Assembly (NCBI GenBank): GCA_046537905.1
Contig: JBKHJW010000013.1
Span: 36,466 to 68,465, forward strand
Direction of reading: 5' to 3'
DNA: 32,000 nt
From: Ralstonia sp.
GTDB taxonomy: Bacteria; Pseudomonadota; Gammaproteobacteria; Burkholderiales; Burkholderiaceae
Shown: positions 8,272 to 17,160 of the stretch, piece by piece
Layout of the letters: the number at the start of each line of letters is the position of its first letter
Numbering within the stretch: position 1 is the stretch's first letter
Made by a program: the position numbers and the translations under genes
Notes under the pieces: model-generated
What the model saw: only the letters and a program-made list of their open reading frames with translations
Told to the model about the DNA's origin: nothing
Databases searched by the model: none

Positions 8272-8556
8272 TCAGTTCGGCACCGGATAGCCGTAGACCG
8301 TGCCGCCGCCTTCGCGGGCGCGGCCGGCCGGGTCGCTGCGCATGCCTTCGGTGTACGGATCGAACCGGCTGCTGCGCGCGCCTTCGGTGTAGGTGTCGAA
8401 GCGTCCGGAGCGGGCGCCATCGCTGTAGACATCAAAACGCGAGTCCCGCGCGGCCTGGCCGAACACTTCGATACGGCTGGCCTGCGCCCATGCGCTGCCC
8501 GCCGCAAGGGCGCCTGCTGCCACCAGCGCGGCAATACCAATGTGCTTGAGTCGCAT
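8272..8556 (-). CDS. Small secreted repeat protein (94 aa, hypothetical)
   Basis: The internal ATG at 8556 is preceded by AAGGAG. The protein has a signal peptide MRLKHIGIAALVAAGALAAGSAWA followed by three 12-aa repeats ARxSRFDxY(S/T)(D/E)G. The longer tracked ORF (to 8730) has no ribosome-binding site or signal-peptide logic. Confidence 0.6.
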   Translation of the reverse strand: MRLKHIGIAALVAAGALAAGSAWAQASRIEVFGQAARDSRFDVYSDGARSGRFDTYTEGARSSRFDPYTEGMRSDPAGRAREGGGTVYGYPVPN

Positions 8557-9046
8557 GGCGAACTCCTTCTTCAACTGATTTTCGGTGCTGTTTTGGGTGC
8601 GTGGTCTTGTCATGTCCTGCCACGGCCTGAAGCGTAGGCGAGCTGCCCCACGGTATCCACGGCGGTGCGACGAACGGTTTGTTGTGGGCGCCGAAATGAT
8701 GCAAGCCGGCGTGGGTGACCCATCCGGCAAGTTGGTGCTTAGGCAATCGCTACGCCTTTTTGCCTAATCAAGATCCTGTTTCAAACAGCGCCGTCAATAT
8801 TGATGCACCACAGCAGGGCACGACGAGCCGGCAAGCCTTGCCGGAGGCCGCTTTGGTGCGTCGCATCAAGAGCGATGCGTGCGTACCACACTTGGGCGGT
8901 GGATTCTGTGAATTGCTTTGCCCGGGCTAAGGGCTTTTGTTAAATTTGCGCGGCACTTCCGACACGGAAGTAAGGAAATCTGGAGGAGCCCACCCTCATG
9001 CACACGGGGGCGGGTGTTGAGACAACTCTTTTTATTACGAGCCCAC

Positions 9047-10210
9047 ATGAAAAAGTCTGCCATTCTGGTTGCAGTCGGCGCCCTGTTCGCAGGTTCGGCC
9101 TACGCCCAATCGAGCGTGACGCTGTACGGTATTGTCGATACCACCATTCACTACACCACCAACGCCAATGCCAACGGCAACAGCCTGCTGCAGATGGACA
9201 ACGGTGCGGTGTCCAACAGCCGTTGGGGCCTGAAGGGCTCGGAAGACCTGGGCGGCGGCAACAAGGCTCTGTTCGTGCTGGAAAGCGGTTTTGACCCGCA
9301 AACCGGTCGCGCTAACGGCGGTGGCCTGTTCAACCGTCAATCGTTCGTGGGCCTGTCCAACAAGGACTATGGCACGCTGACGGCTGGCCGCCAGTACAAC
9401 TTCGGCTTCTCGATGGGCGGCAACTTCGACCCGCTGGGCGTGGGTAACTACCTCGAGAACTCGTGGGTGTACTACGGCATCACCGGCCTGCGCGTGTCGA
9501 ACATGCTGAAGTACGAAGGCAAGTGGAACGGCCTGTACGTTGGCCTGGGCTACGGCTTCGGCCAAGCCGCCGGCAGCACGGCCGACAACCGCTACCTGGG
9601 CGGTGCCGTGTCGTACGAATTCGGCCCGGCCATGATCGGCGCCTTCTACCAGCAACAGCAAGATTCCACCACTGCCGGCAACAAGCAGAAGGTGTGGGGT
9701 CTGGGCGGTAACTACACCGTCGGCCCGGTCAAGCTGTTCGCCGGCTATATCGACAGCAGCGACGGCACCGGCTGCACGAACGCGGGCTTCGGCTATGGCG
9801 GTTGCGCTGGCGACCGCGCTACCCTTGGTTTGAATACGAACGACGCGCAGGCGCCGTTCACCGCTGCAGCACTGGGCGCGGGCGCAGTGCCGGGCGCAAC
9901 CAAGCGTCGTGACCACGTTGGCCTGGGCGGCGTGACGTACCAAGTCACCCCGGCGCTGGCACTGACGGGCGCGTTCTACTACGACAGCATCAGCAACGCT
10001 GCGCTGATCGCAGGCGACACCGGCAAGCGCTACACCGGCGTGCTGCTGGCTGAGTACGCGCTGTCCAAGCGCACCCAAGTGTATGGCACGGTTGCCTACG
10101 ACAAGGCCAAGGATGCTGCTGTCCCCGAAATGGCGGGCGGCACGGCCAACGGCCAGAACGCCAAGACCAACCAAGTTGGCGCTGGCGTGGGTATCCGCCA
10201 CATCTTCTAA
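9047..10210 (+). CDS. Gram-negative porin (OmpC-like, Burkholderiales type, 387 aa)
   Basis: Read from ATG 9047, the protein has a signal peptide MKKSAILVAVGALFAGSAYA. This is followed by QSSVTLYGIVDT, alternating beta-strand patterns, and a C-terminal ...GAGVGIRHIF ending in Phe. Confidence 0.9.
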   Translation: MKKSAILVAVGALFAGSAYAQSSVTLYGIVDTTIHYTTNANANGNSLLQMDNGAVSNSRWGLKGSEDLGGGNKALFVLESGFDPQTGRANGGGLFNRQSFVGLSNKDYGTLTAGRQYNFGFSMGGNFDPLGVGNYLENSWVYYGITGLRVSNMLKYEGKWNGLYVGLGYGFGQAAGSTADNRYLGGAVSYEFGPAMIGAFYQQQQDSTTAGNKQKVWGLGGNYTVGPVKLFAGYIDSSDGTGCTNAGFGYGGCAGDRATLGLNTNDAQAPFTAAALGAGAVPGATKRRDHVGLGGVTYQVTPALALTGAFYYDSISNAALIAGDTGKRYTGVLLAEYALSKRTQVYGTVAYDKAKDAAVPEMAGGTANGQNAKTNQVGAGVGIRHIF

Positions 10211-10237
10211 TCGACGCTGTCACTCGATTGGGAATGG

Positions 10238-10267
10238 AAAAGGCGCCTTCGGGCGCCTTTTTCTTTG
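10238..10267 (+). terminator. Rho-independent terminator of the porin gene
   Basis: AAAGGCGCC-TTCG-GGCGCCTTT followed by TTCTTTG, starting 28 nt after the stop codon. Confidence 0.85.
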
Positions 10268-10375
10268 TGGGTGCCAGCAGTCGCCGCAGCTGGGCGTCGG
10301 ATCTGTAATCCGCGCGGAATATGACTGCAACGGCCGCGTCGCGCGCGGCCGGCATCCAGGAACAATGCGAGGGGC

Positions 10376-11080
10376 TTACGCCGCGAAGCGGTAGCCGACG
10401 CCGACTTCGGTGAGCAGATGCTCGGGTCGCGCGGGATCGCGCTCGAGCTTGTGGCGCAGGTGGCCCATGTAGATGCGCAGGTAGTGGCTGCTGTCCGAAT
10501 GCGCCGGCCCCCAGACTTCGCGCAGCAGCTCGCGGTGCGTCATGACCGTGCCGCGCCGGCCGAGCAGCACGGCCAGCAGACGGTATTCGATGGGGGTGAG
10601 GTGTACCGGTTCGCCATTGCGGCTGACCAGGCGGCGCGCCAGGTCGACCTGTACATCACCGAAGCTGATGACGCTGCCGCCGTCTTCGCCGCGTTTGGCA
10701 TGGCGGCGCAGCAGCACGCGCAGGCGCGCGATCAGTTCGCCCACGCCGAAGGGTTTGGTCAGGTAGTCATCGGCGCCGGCATCGAGCGCGGCGATCTTGT
10801 CCTGCTCGTCCACGCGGGCCGAGAGCACCAGCACCGGCACTTCCGTCCAGGTGCGCAGGTCGCGGATCAGCGACATGCCGTCGCCGTCGGGCAGGCCGAG
10901 GTCGAGGATCACGGCATCGGGCTGACGGGTGCCGGCCTCGATCAGGCCCCGATCCACGCGGTCGGCCTCGAACACTTCGCAGCCCTCCGCTTCCAGTGCG
11001 GCACGCACGAAGCGCCGGATGTGCGGTTCGTCGTCGATGACCAGGACGGTAGGGGTGAAGGTGAATGCCATGGCGCGCAT
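10376..11080 (-). CDS. kdpE: OmpR-family response regulator, KdpE-like (234 aa)
   Basis: The protein is nearly colinear with E. coli KdpE as I recall it. Matching blocks are VLVIDDE..IRRF.R.ALE, ILDLGLPDGDG, VLSAR..E.DKIAALDAGADDYL.KPFG.GEL.ARLRV.LRR, HLTPIE.RLLAVLL, and SHYLRIYMGHLR.KLE.DPARP....TE.G.GYRF. The start could be ATG 11080 or ATG 11071. Confidence 0.8.
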   Translation of the reverse strand: MRAMAFTFTPTVLVIDDEPHIRRFVRAALEAEGCEVFEADRVDRGLIEAGTRQPDAVILDLGLPDGDGMSLIRDLRTWTEVPVLVLSARVDEQDKIAALDAGADDYLTKPFGVGELIARLRVLLRRHAKRGEDGGSVISFGDVQVDLARRLVSRNGEPVHLTPIEYRLLAVLLGRRGTVMTHRELLREVWGPAHSDSSHYLRIYMGHLRHKLERDPARPEHLLTEVGVGYRFAA

Positions 11081-11120
11081 TGTAAACCTGCCGACCGCCG
11101 ATTGCCGATTGCTGACGCCC

Positions 11121-11153
11121 CAAAAGACAACGGACCCCGAAGGGTCCGTTTGT
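11121..11153 (-). terminator. Rho-independent terminator of the HiPIP gene
   Basis: The minus strand reads ACAAACGGACCC-TTCG-GGGTCCGTTGT followed by CTTTTG, about 20 nt downstream of the stop at 11175. Confidence 0.75.
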
Positions 11154-11174
11154 CATGGTGAGGCTAGGGGGCGC

Positions 11175-11486
11175 TTAGGCCTTCTTGGCCCAGGCGCTGC
11201 ACCAGCCCTTGTTGGCGACGTCCTTGCCGGCAAACAGCGGGCAGCCGCCCTGGGCCGCCGCGCCACCCTGGTAGAGCGCGCAGTTGCCGCAGTGCTGGTC
11301 GGCTGCGTGCTTCGGATACTTGGCCTTGTCTGCCTTGGTGGTATCGGCCACGTAGCCGAGGGCGACGGCTTGCGGGTCCTTTTCCGAGACCATCGGGTTG
11401 GCCGCGCGTGCCAGGCCCGACATGCCGACGGCGCCCGCAGCGGCCACGATCGGAATGCTCTTCAGGAATTGACGACGATTGGACAT
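11175..11486 (-). CDS. High-potential iron-sulfur protein (HiPIP) with twin-arginine signal peptide (103 aa)
   Basis: A Tat motif (SNRRQFLK) precedes the ...GLARA cleavage region. The mature part has the four-Cys HiPIP pattern (C..C.....C......W C), seen in HCGNCALYQG...GGCPLF.GK.V...GWCSAW. Confidence 0.85.
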   Translation of the reverse strand: MSNRRQFLKSIPIVAAAGAVGMSGLARAANPMVSEKDPQAVALGYVADTTKADKAKYPKHAADQHCGNCALYQGGAAAQGGCPLFAGKDVANKGWCSAWAKKA

Positions 11487-11774
11487 TGCTGATTCCTTTT
11501 GTGGGAGTGTGTTGTGTGGCGTCCTCTGCGTTGCCCGTTCCAGAGAATCGGGTGCGCCCTAGGGGACAGCGGACGGCGTCGGCGCGCCGCTTTTCCGCAG
11601 GTGCATTCTGGCACACCGGCGGCCCTGCGGCATCTGCGCAGCGTCAATGTTCTCCATACCTGGGTGCAGCAATTGCTCACTTCGGCTGGCCGTAGCCCTG
11701 GTAGGGGCATGGGTGAATGGAGCCTGCGTGGCTGATAGATTACGCGCCAATCGAGACCGCCCCCCAACCCCGCC

Positions 11775-12362
11775 ATGACCGACTTTGCCCGCCTGCTGGA
11801 AGGCTATCTGCACGCCAAGGATGACAATTTGCCGCACGTGATCGACGGCGTCTTCGCGCCCGATGCACGGCTGACCTTTTCGCTCGCCACGCAGAACATC
11901 GCCTTCCCGCCGCAGACCGACGGCGCCGCCGCCATCGCCAAGACGCTGGTGACCGACTTCGGCCAGCAGTACCGCCGTTGCCGGACGTACTACGTCACGC
12001 GGCGTGGCGACTTGCCCGACGCGCCAGAACGGGGCGACATGCCGGTCGCCCTGGCGCCGATGCCGTGGCTGGTGGTGATGCAGGAGCGGAGCACGGGGGC
12101 GCTGCGCGTTGGCCATGGCGTCTACCGCTGGACGTTCGCTCGCGCGGGCAAGGATTGGCGCGTGAGCGCGCTGCACATCCATATCGCGCGCATGGACGTC
12201 ATCGACAACGCGCGTGCCGATGCCGGATGCGCGGCCATCCAGCAGGCGTTGCCGTATCCGTGGGTGGATGCCGCGGTGCTGCGCACGACGGTGGCGCGGC
12301 TGGCGGCGGAGGATGCCGGCCTACGCTGGCTCGCTCCCTTCGGCGAGCCGGCGCGGGACTGA
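11775..12362 (+). CDS. Hypothetical protein, possibly NTF2/SnoaL-like fold (195 aa)
   Basis: This is a clean ORF with high GC3 and ATG at 11775. The fold guess rests only on size and the alternating pattern around GVYRWTFARAGKDWRVSALHIHIARMD. Confidence 0.45.
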   Translation: MTDFARLLEGYLHAKDDNLPHVIDGVFAPDARLTFSLATQNIAFPPQTDGAAAIAKTLVTDFGQQYRRCRTYYVTRRGDLPDAPERGDMPVALAPMPWLVVMQERSTGALRVGHGVYRWTFARAGKDWRVSALHIHIARMDVIDNARADAGCAAIQQALPYPWVDAAVLRTTVARLAAEDAGLRWLAPFGEPARD

Positions 12363-12822
12363 GTGCGGCCGTTGCCGTGCCGGTGGCAGCGTCGGCCTGA
12401 CCATCGTGATAACCCTGATTTCGTGCGATTGACGCTCAAGATCGAACGATCATCGCGCGACGCACGCACGGCTGCGATTGTTCCGGTGCGTCACGGCCTC
12501 TAAGCTCCCGGTCACAACGACAGGACACCTGCGCATGACCGGCGCGCCCTCGATCGACGTTCGTGCGCGCGCCGATGCGCGGCCGTTCGGCCGCTTCGCA
12601 CCGCGGGTGCGCTCGGCTTTTGCGTGATCGCGCGGGGGCGGCCTCGACACCGCCATCATGGCTTCATCGCGGCGGAGATGCCGCGTGGGTGAGGCATCCG
12701 CAAGGCCAGCCTGGGCTCGGCGCGCTCGCGATCTTGGTCACAGGTCGCGACACGCGCGCGCACGTGCCCGTGGTACAAAGCGTGGTGTCCTAGTCCCGAG
12801 TCACCGCCACAGGAGTTCACGC

Positions 12823-13908
12823 ATGGGCCGCGATGCCGACCTGCCGTTCAAGACCGCCGGCCTGGAGTTCGTCGAGTTCGCCACGCAAGACCCGGCCGGG
12901 CTTGCGCGGATGCTCACGGCGCTCGGCTTCAAGGCCATTGCGCGGCATGTCAGCAAGGAGGTCACGCTGTACCGGCAGGGCGATATGAACTTCCTCGTCA
13001 ACACGGAAGCCGATTCGTTCGCGCATCGCTGGGCCGAGGAATACGGCGTGGGTATCTGCGCGATCGGCATCCGCGTGGGCGATGCGCAACGCGCCTACGA
13101 CCGCGCCGTCGAGCTGGGCGCGTGGCCGGCCGAGGGCGAGCCGATCGGCCCGGCTGAGTTGGTGATCCCCGCCATCCAGGGCGTGGGCGACACGCACCTG
13201 TACTTCGTCGACCGCTGGCGCGGCAAGCACGGCGCCCGTGGCGGCCTGGGCGATATCTCGATCTACGACATCGACTTCCGCCCGCTCGACCCGGCCACCG
13301 CACACGAAGACTGGCACCACGCCGGCGCCGGCCTGGCGCGGGTCGACCACCTCACGCAGACCGTTGGCGCCGGCCGGCTGCAGGACTGGATCGATTTCTA
13401 CCGAAACCAGCTCGGCTTTCGCGAGATTCACGAGCTGCACACCAACTGGCACGTGGCGGCGGATTCGCGGGTGATGGTGTCGTCGTGCGGCACCATCCGC
13501 ATCCCCCTTTATGAAGAGGGCACGCACCGCGCCCACCTGATGCATGCCTACCTGCCCGACCACCCCGGCGAGGGCGTGCAGCACATCGCGCTGGCCACCG
13601 ACGACATCCTGCGCACGGCCGCCGCGCTGGCCGCCAACGGCCTCATCTTCGTCGAGCCGCCGCCGCGCTATTACGACACCGTCGACGCGCGCCTGCCCGG
13701 CCACGGGCTGGACCTCGACGCGCTGCAGCGCTACGGCATCCTCGTCGACGGGGAGATCCTGGACGGCGTGCCCAAGCTGTTCCTGCAGACCTTCGTCAGG
13801 CGGCATCCGGGCGAGATCTTTTTTGAGATCGTCCAGCGGCGCGGGCACCACGGGTTTGGGGAAGGGAATCTGGCGGTGCTGACGGCCGCAGGCAACGCTA
13901 CGGCCTAG
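12823..13908 (+). CDS. hppD: 4-hydroxyphenylpyruvate dioxygenase family protein (361 aa)
   Basis: ATG 12823 follows AGGAG (12811-12815). The protein is colinear with Pseudomonas HppD as I recall it: GLEFVEFA, LYRQG..NFL.N, RAY.RA.ELGA, IPAI.G.G...LY..DR, IYDIDF, VDHLT, IRIPL.EE, GEG.QH.A..TDD, PP..YY......RLP.HG, GIL.DG, LLQ.F, FFE..QR.G..GFGEGN. The tracked ORF start at 12658 is an unsupported extension. Confidence 0.85.
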   Translation: MGRDADLPFKTAGLEFVEFATQDPAGLARMLTALGFKAIARHVSKEVTLYRQGDMNFLVNTEADSFAHRWAEEYGVGICAIGIRVGDAQRAYDRAVELGAWPAEGEPIGPAELVIPAIQGVGDTHLYFVDRWRGKHGARGGLGDISIYDIDFRPLDPATAHEDWHHAGAGLARVDHLTQTVGAGRLQDWIDFYRNQLGFREIHELHTNWHVAADSRVMVSSCGTIRIPLYEEGTHRAHLMHAYLPDHPGEGVQHIALATDDILRTAAALAANGLIFVEPPPRYYDTVDARLPGHGLDLDALQRYGILVDGEILDGVPKLFLQTFVRRHPGEIFFEIVQRRGHHGFGEGNLAVLTAAGNATA

Positions 13909-13918
13909 CCATGTGAGG

Positions 13919-13975
13919 GTGGCGCGCCCGGCTGGGATCGAACCAGCAACCCCTGCCTTCGGAGGGCAGTACTCT
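13919..13975. repeat. attL: 57-bp copy of the 3' part of tRNA-Arg (displaced or duplicated att core)
   Basis: Identical to 22105-22161 (gtggcgcgcccggctgggatcgaaccagcaacccctgccttcggagggcagtactct). It lacks the tRNA 5' acceptor and D arm, so it is not a functional tRNA. Confidence 0.9.
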
Positions 13976-13991
13976 CTGCGCCGACGACGAC

Positions 13992-14864
13992 TCAGAATGG
14001 CAGTATCCGCTGCACTGCGCCGCGTAACTGCTCTGGTGCAAGATGCGCATAGCGCTCTGTTACCGTCACCGACGAGTGCCCTAGCAAATCTCTAACCGTC
14101 TGCAACGGCGTACCTGCCATCACAAGCCAACTAGCGCAGGTATGCCGCATATCGTGGATACGGAAATCCACGATCCCCGCCCTCCGGCACGCCGCCGAAA
14201 ACCCCGTCTGAAACGTTGTGATCCGCCGCCCATCCTGGGTGGCGAAAACCCACGGACTGCCCGGCGCATGGCTGCCACGCCACGCCAACAGATCCCGCAA
14301 TGCATCGACGGCAGCATCATTGAGCGGAACCGACCGCCGCCGCCCGGACTTTGTGTGCTCCGCGTGTAGCGTCAACAGCCGTCGATCCAGGCTGACTCGC
14401 GCCCATTCCAGTTTAATTAACTCTGATTTCCGGCATCCTGTATTCAGTGCTAGTCGAATGAACGCGGGAAGGTGAGGGCGACGTGCGTAACGTTCAGCAG
14501 CCTCACATAATGCCGACGCCTCTACCGTAGAAATCCAGCGTACACGACCCTCTGATTCGCCAATACCAAGGCGTAGCGCGGGATTGGCGAGATCAGGGCG
14601 ATCATGCTCGATACGCACGTAGTTGATCGCCGCCGACAACAGCTTCAGCTCACGATTCACGGTGGCAGGCTTGACGCCATCCACAACACGACGCTCGACG
14701 TAAGCGCGCACGTGCGCCCGCTTTAGATCAACTATCAGCATCCCACCAAAGTGGGGTTGTAATCGCTGAAGCGAATAATAATCGCGTTGTCTACTACGAT
14801 GCACGACCGACGACATATAGATGCCAATGACATCCTCAAACGTCATACTCCCCGCCTGCTGCAT
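13992..14864 (-). CDS. int: Tyrosine-type site-specific integrase (290 aa)
   Basis: The catalytic signature is readable: Arg in LALNTGCRKSEL, HDMRHTCASW (H-x-x-R), LLGHSSVTVTERYAHL (His and the nucleophilic Tyr). The gene sits 17 nt from attL. Confidence 0.9.
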   Translation of the reverse strand: MQQAGSMTFEDVIGIYMSSVVHRSRQRDYYSLQRLQPHFGGMLIVDLKRAHVRAYVERRVVDGVKPATVNRELKLLSAAINYVRIEHDRPDLANPALRLGIGESEGRVRWISTVEASALCEAAERYARRPHLPAFIRLALNTGCRKSELIKLEWARVSLDRRLLTLHAEHTKSGRRRSVPLNDAAVDALRDLLAWRGSHAPGSPWVFATQDGRRITTFQTGFSAACRRAGIVDFRIHDMRHTCASWLVMAGTPLQTVRDLLGHSSVTVTERYAHLAPEQLRGAVQRILPF

Positions 14865-14920
14865 TATCTTTGGTGTAGTTTACCGCTGCAATTAACAGGC
14901 CGCCACGGCAGGGGAGAAAC

Positions 14921-15592
14921 ATGGGGGTAGAAGATCGCAATTGGTACCACGACCGTAAAAAACAGAAGCCAATCAATCCTGACTGGCAAAGGGAATACAA
15001 CCGCTGGTACGGCAAGCCGAACACGCCCACACCCAAGAAACCCGGCATGCACTGGACGCTAACGCTGGCGTGCTGGGCCACGTTCTTTCTTGCGGTGTAC
15101 ATCGGCGTCAGATACATCATGAGCTTCAAGGTACCGGCCCCGAGCGCACCAATTCAGCCCGCGCCGCCTATCGTCGAAAACACCCCGCAGCGACCGGCAC
15201 AACCGGTTCGACAACCGCAACCAGAAATCGTGCTTTACAAGTGCGAGGACCACGGCCAAACAACGTACTCCAAAACGCCGTGCCCCGAGCCTGTCCGCAT
15301 CATCACCACCCAACCAGAACCGCCAGCGCAAACACAACCACCATCGCAGCACGTTGACCCGAACGCAGAGCTAGCACGTCAGTGGGATGCACGTATGGCC
15401 CAGCGTGACCGCGACATTGCCGCTGAACAAAGCGCACTACAGGCGCAGACCAATGCGACAAACACACAGTGCAATCAGCTACGCAGCAACCTGCTCAGCA
15501 TCCAGCGAATGCCGCTGACGTATCAACAAACTAGTCCGTGGCGAGAACAGATGAACGGCATCCGCAGCCAGATGAACCAACTGCACTGCTAA
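14921..15592 (+). CDS. Membrane-anchored DUF4124-like protein with Pro-rich linker and C-terminal coiled coil (prophage accessory gene, 223 aa)
   Basis: GGGGAG lies 4 nt before ATG 14921. One TM segment is present (WTLTLACWATFFLAVYIGVRYI), and the LYKCEDHGQTTYSKTPCP motif resembles the DUF4124 core (Y.w.D..G...ys..pP). The gene is on the strand opposite the phage core genes. Confidence 0.6.
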   Translation: MGVEDRNWYHDRKKQKPINPDWQREYNRWYGKPNTPTPKKPGMHWTLTLACWATFFLAVYIGVRYIMSFKVPAPSAPIQPAPPIVENTPQRPAQPVRQPQPEIVLYKCEDHGQTTYSKTPCPEPVRIITTQPEPPAQTQPPSQHVDPNAELARQWDARMAQRDRDIAAEQSALQAQTNATNTQCNQLRSNLLSIQRMPLTYQQTSPWREQMNGIRSQMNQLHC

Positions 15593-16647
15593 TGCAAAGA
15601 CGGCGGATCATCGTCGTCAATCACCTCCGGAGGGTCAAGCTCAAAGCCATCCTCCGCCAGCGAGAACCAGAAGCACTTACGACCATGCGACACGTAGGTG
15701 CTCATCCCCTGCCAATTCGCGCCGCTCTCCACCAGATAGCGCATCGTCGCATCCATGCCAGCGCGAAACGAGCCTTCATCATCCTCAGAGCGAAACTGCC
15801 CAATGGTCTCCCGCTCCGGAATCTCGATACCCTTGGATGACCAGTAACGCCGCTCATTGAGCTTGTGCTGCGTTCCTTTGGTGATGTACTTGCTCAGGTA
15901 CGCAGCAACGCGATGGACACCCACAATGCGCCTACGGCCCTTGCTCTTCGGCCCCTGAATATCGACGTTGCCGTTACCCTTGCCGACCACCGCATGCCAT
16001 GCGTCGCGTAGCGCAATCGCATCACGCCAACCGCGCACGCCGACATGGATATGGATGCCTCCGCTCTTGTGGTGTTCGATCACGGCAACGAAGTGAAACG
16101 CATCGCCCTCGCGCACCAGCCGGGAGTCTTTGCGAACGCGACGCACGAAGGCTTTCCAGTCCCTCGCAGCGCGCTCACGATCAGCCATGAGGCCGCGATA
16201 CGTCAACGTCAGCAGATGATCGAGACGAGCGGTTTTAGCCAACTCGCGCACCTTGCGCCGCGCACGCTGCATAGCGCTCGCCATCGACTTTTCCTGATCC
16301 TCTGACTTGCCACGCTCCGATTTCGGCTTCGGCACGACGATGCCGAATTTCCCTTCAAACGGGTTGCCGTAGTGACGACGAACCGGATAGCCGACTACCT
16401 CGCGTTGCCCATCCGGCCAGCGCCGCACACGGACGATGATGTCATCACGGATGGACTCTTCGCCAAAGCCCGCCTGTTCACGCAAATCACGCTTGCGTTG
16501 TTGATACGCGAGGGCCGAAAGGTCGGAATCCTTGACGCCCATTTGTTGCAGTTGCTCTGCCGACAAATGGAACTGACGATTGTCATAGCTTTGTGCTATT
16601 GTGGTTTGCAGCATGACCGATGCCTGAACGTTTCCGGTTGTGCACAC
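15589..16647 (-). CDS. Rolling-circle replication initiator (phage pII-like Rep, HUH class)
   Basis: An HUH-type motif is present (GGIHIHVGVRGW), with a downstream catalytic Tyr block (AAYLSKYITKG). Size and position next to the hairpin-rich intergenic region fit a Rep. The start is uncertain (GTG 16647 or ATG 16614). Confidence 0.7.
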   Translation of the reverse strand: MCTTGNVQASVMLQTTIAQSYDNRQFHLSAEQLQQMGVKDSDLSALAYQQRKRDLREQAGFGEESIRDDIIVRVRRWPDGQREVVGYPVRRHYGNPFEGKFGIVVPKPKSERGKSEDQEKSMASAMQRARRKVRELAKTARLDHLLTLTYRGLMADRERAARDWKAFVRRVRKDSRLVREGDAFHFVAVIEHHKSGGIHIHVGVRGWRDAIALRDAWHAVVGKGNGNVDIQGPKSKGRRRIVGVHRVAAYLSKYITKGTQHKLNERRYWSSKGIEIPERETIGQFRSEDDEGSFRAGMDATMRYLVESGANWQGMSTYVSHGRKCFWFSLAEDGFELDPPEVIDDDDPPSLH

Positions 16648-16957
16648 GCCCTGGGAGGTTTGCAGACCTCGCCGGGGCTTTCTTTTTTGGACCCTTCAAT
16701 GTTGGTCCACTACCCGCAGAGCCTTGTATTTGCTGGCTCGGTTCTCAAGTGTTAGTGATTCAAGTCTAGGGGCGCGCTTCGCGCGCCCCGCCTGCCGTCG
16801 CTGCGCTCCGTCACGCGTGTCGCGCGAAGCGTCTGCCCATCCCCACCTACCACCCACCTCTACAAAACGCGCTAACGGCCCGCCCGACGCATCCAAAGAC
16901 CAGATTGAGGCCTTCGGCCTAGAGGCGCTCGCCGCGCGGCCTCTCAGCTCGCCCAGC

Positions 16958-17160
16958 AGGGTTGTCACCGTTCCGCTAAGTTCGTCGTCCCTTTCGCGAA
17001 CATAGCGTCGGCTCTGTGGGCTTTCGCGGCATAAACGGCTACCTCCCCACCTCCAAACAAACGGAGGCGGGTCCCCTCCATTTATTCCACGTCCCACAGA
17101 GCCGCCGCTCTCATGTTCGCGGGACGACGAACTCAGCGGAACGGTGACAACAGCAGCCCT
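16958..17160. repeat. Large imperfect inverted repeat (arms ~63 and ~68 nt, loop ~72 nt) in the phage intergenic region: candidate packaging signal/origin hairpin
   Basis: The left arm is agggttgtcaccgttccgctaagttcgtcgtccc...ggctctgtggg (16958-17020). The right arm, cccacagagcc...gggacgacgaactcagcggaacggtgacaac (17093-17160), is its reverse complement apart from a few mismatches and indels. The loop holds a further CCTCC/GGAGG hairpin. Flanking hairpins include GGGGCGCGC-TTC-GCGCGCCCC near 16770-16790. Confidence 0.75.

Noticed and set aside
8918-9046. A 43-codon N-terminal extension of the intact porin ORF
   Set aside because: The typical porin signal peptide starts at ATG 9047. The extension lies in the A/T-richer 5' leader, which contains hairpins (for example ACTTCCG-ACA-CGGAAGT at 8955-8971).
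13919-13975. Apparent second tRNA-Arg gene
   Set aside because: Only tRNA positions 21-76 are present, with no 5' acceptor strand or D-arm 5' half. It is the att duplication created by prophage integration.
13913-14095. A 60-aa ORF starting MRVARPAGIEPATPAFGGQYS
   Set aside because: This is a translation of the tRNA-derived att repeat running antisense into the integrase 3' end. It is only relevant as the potential continuation of the phage regulator ORF in the excised form.
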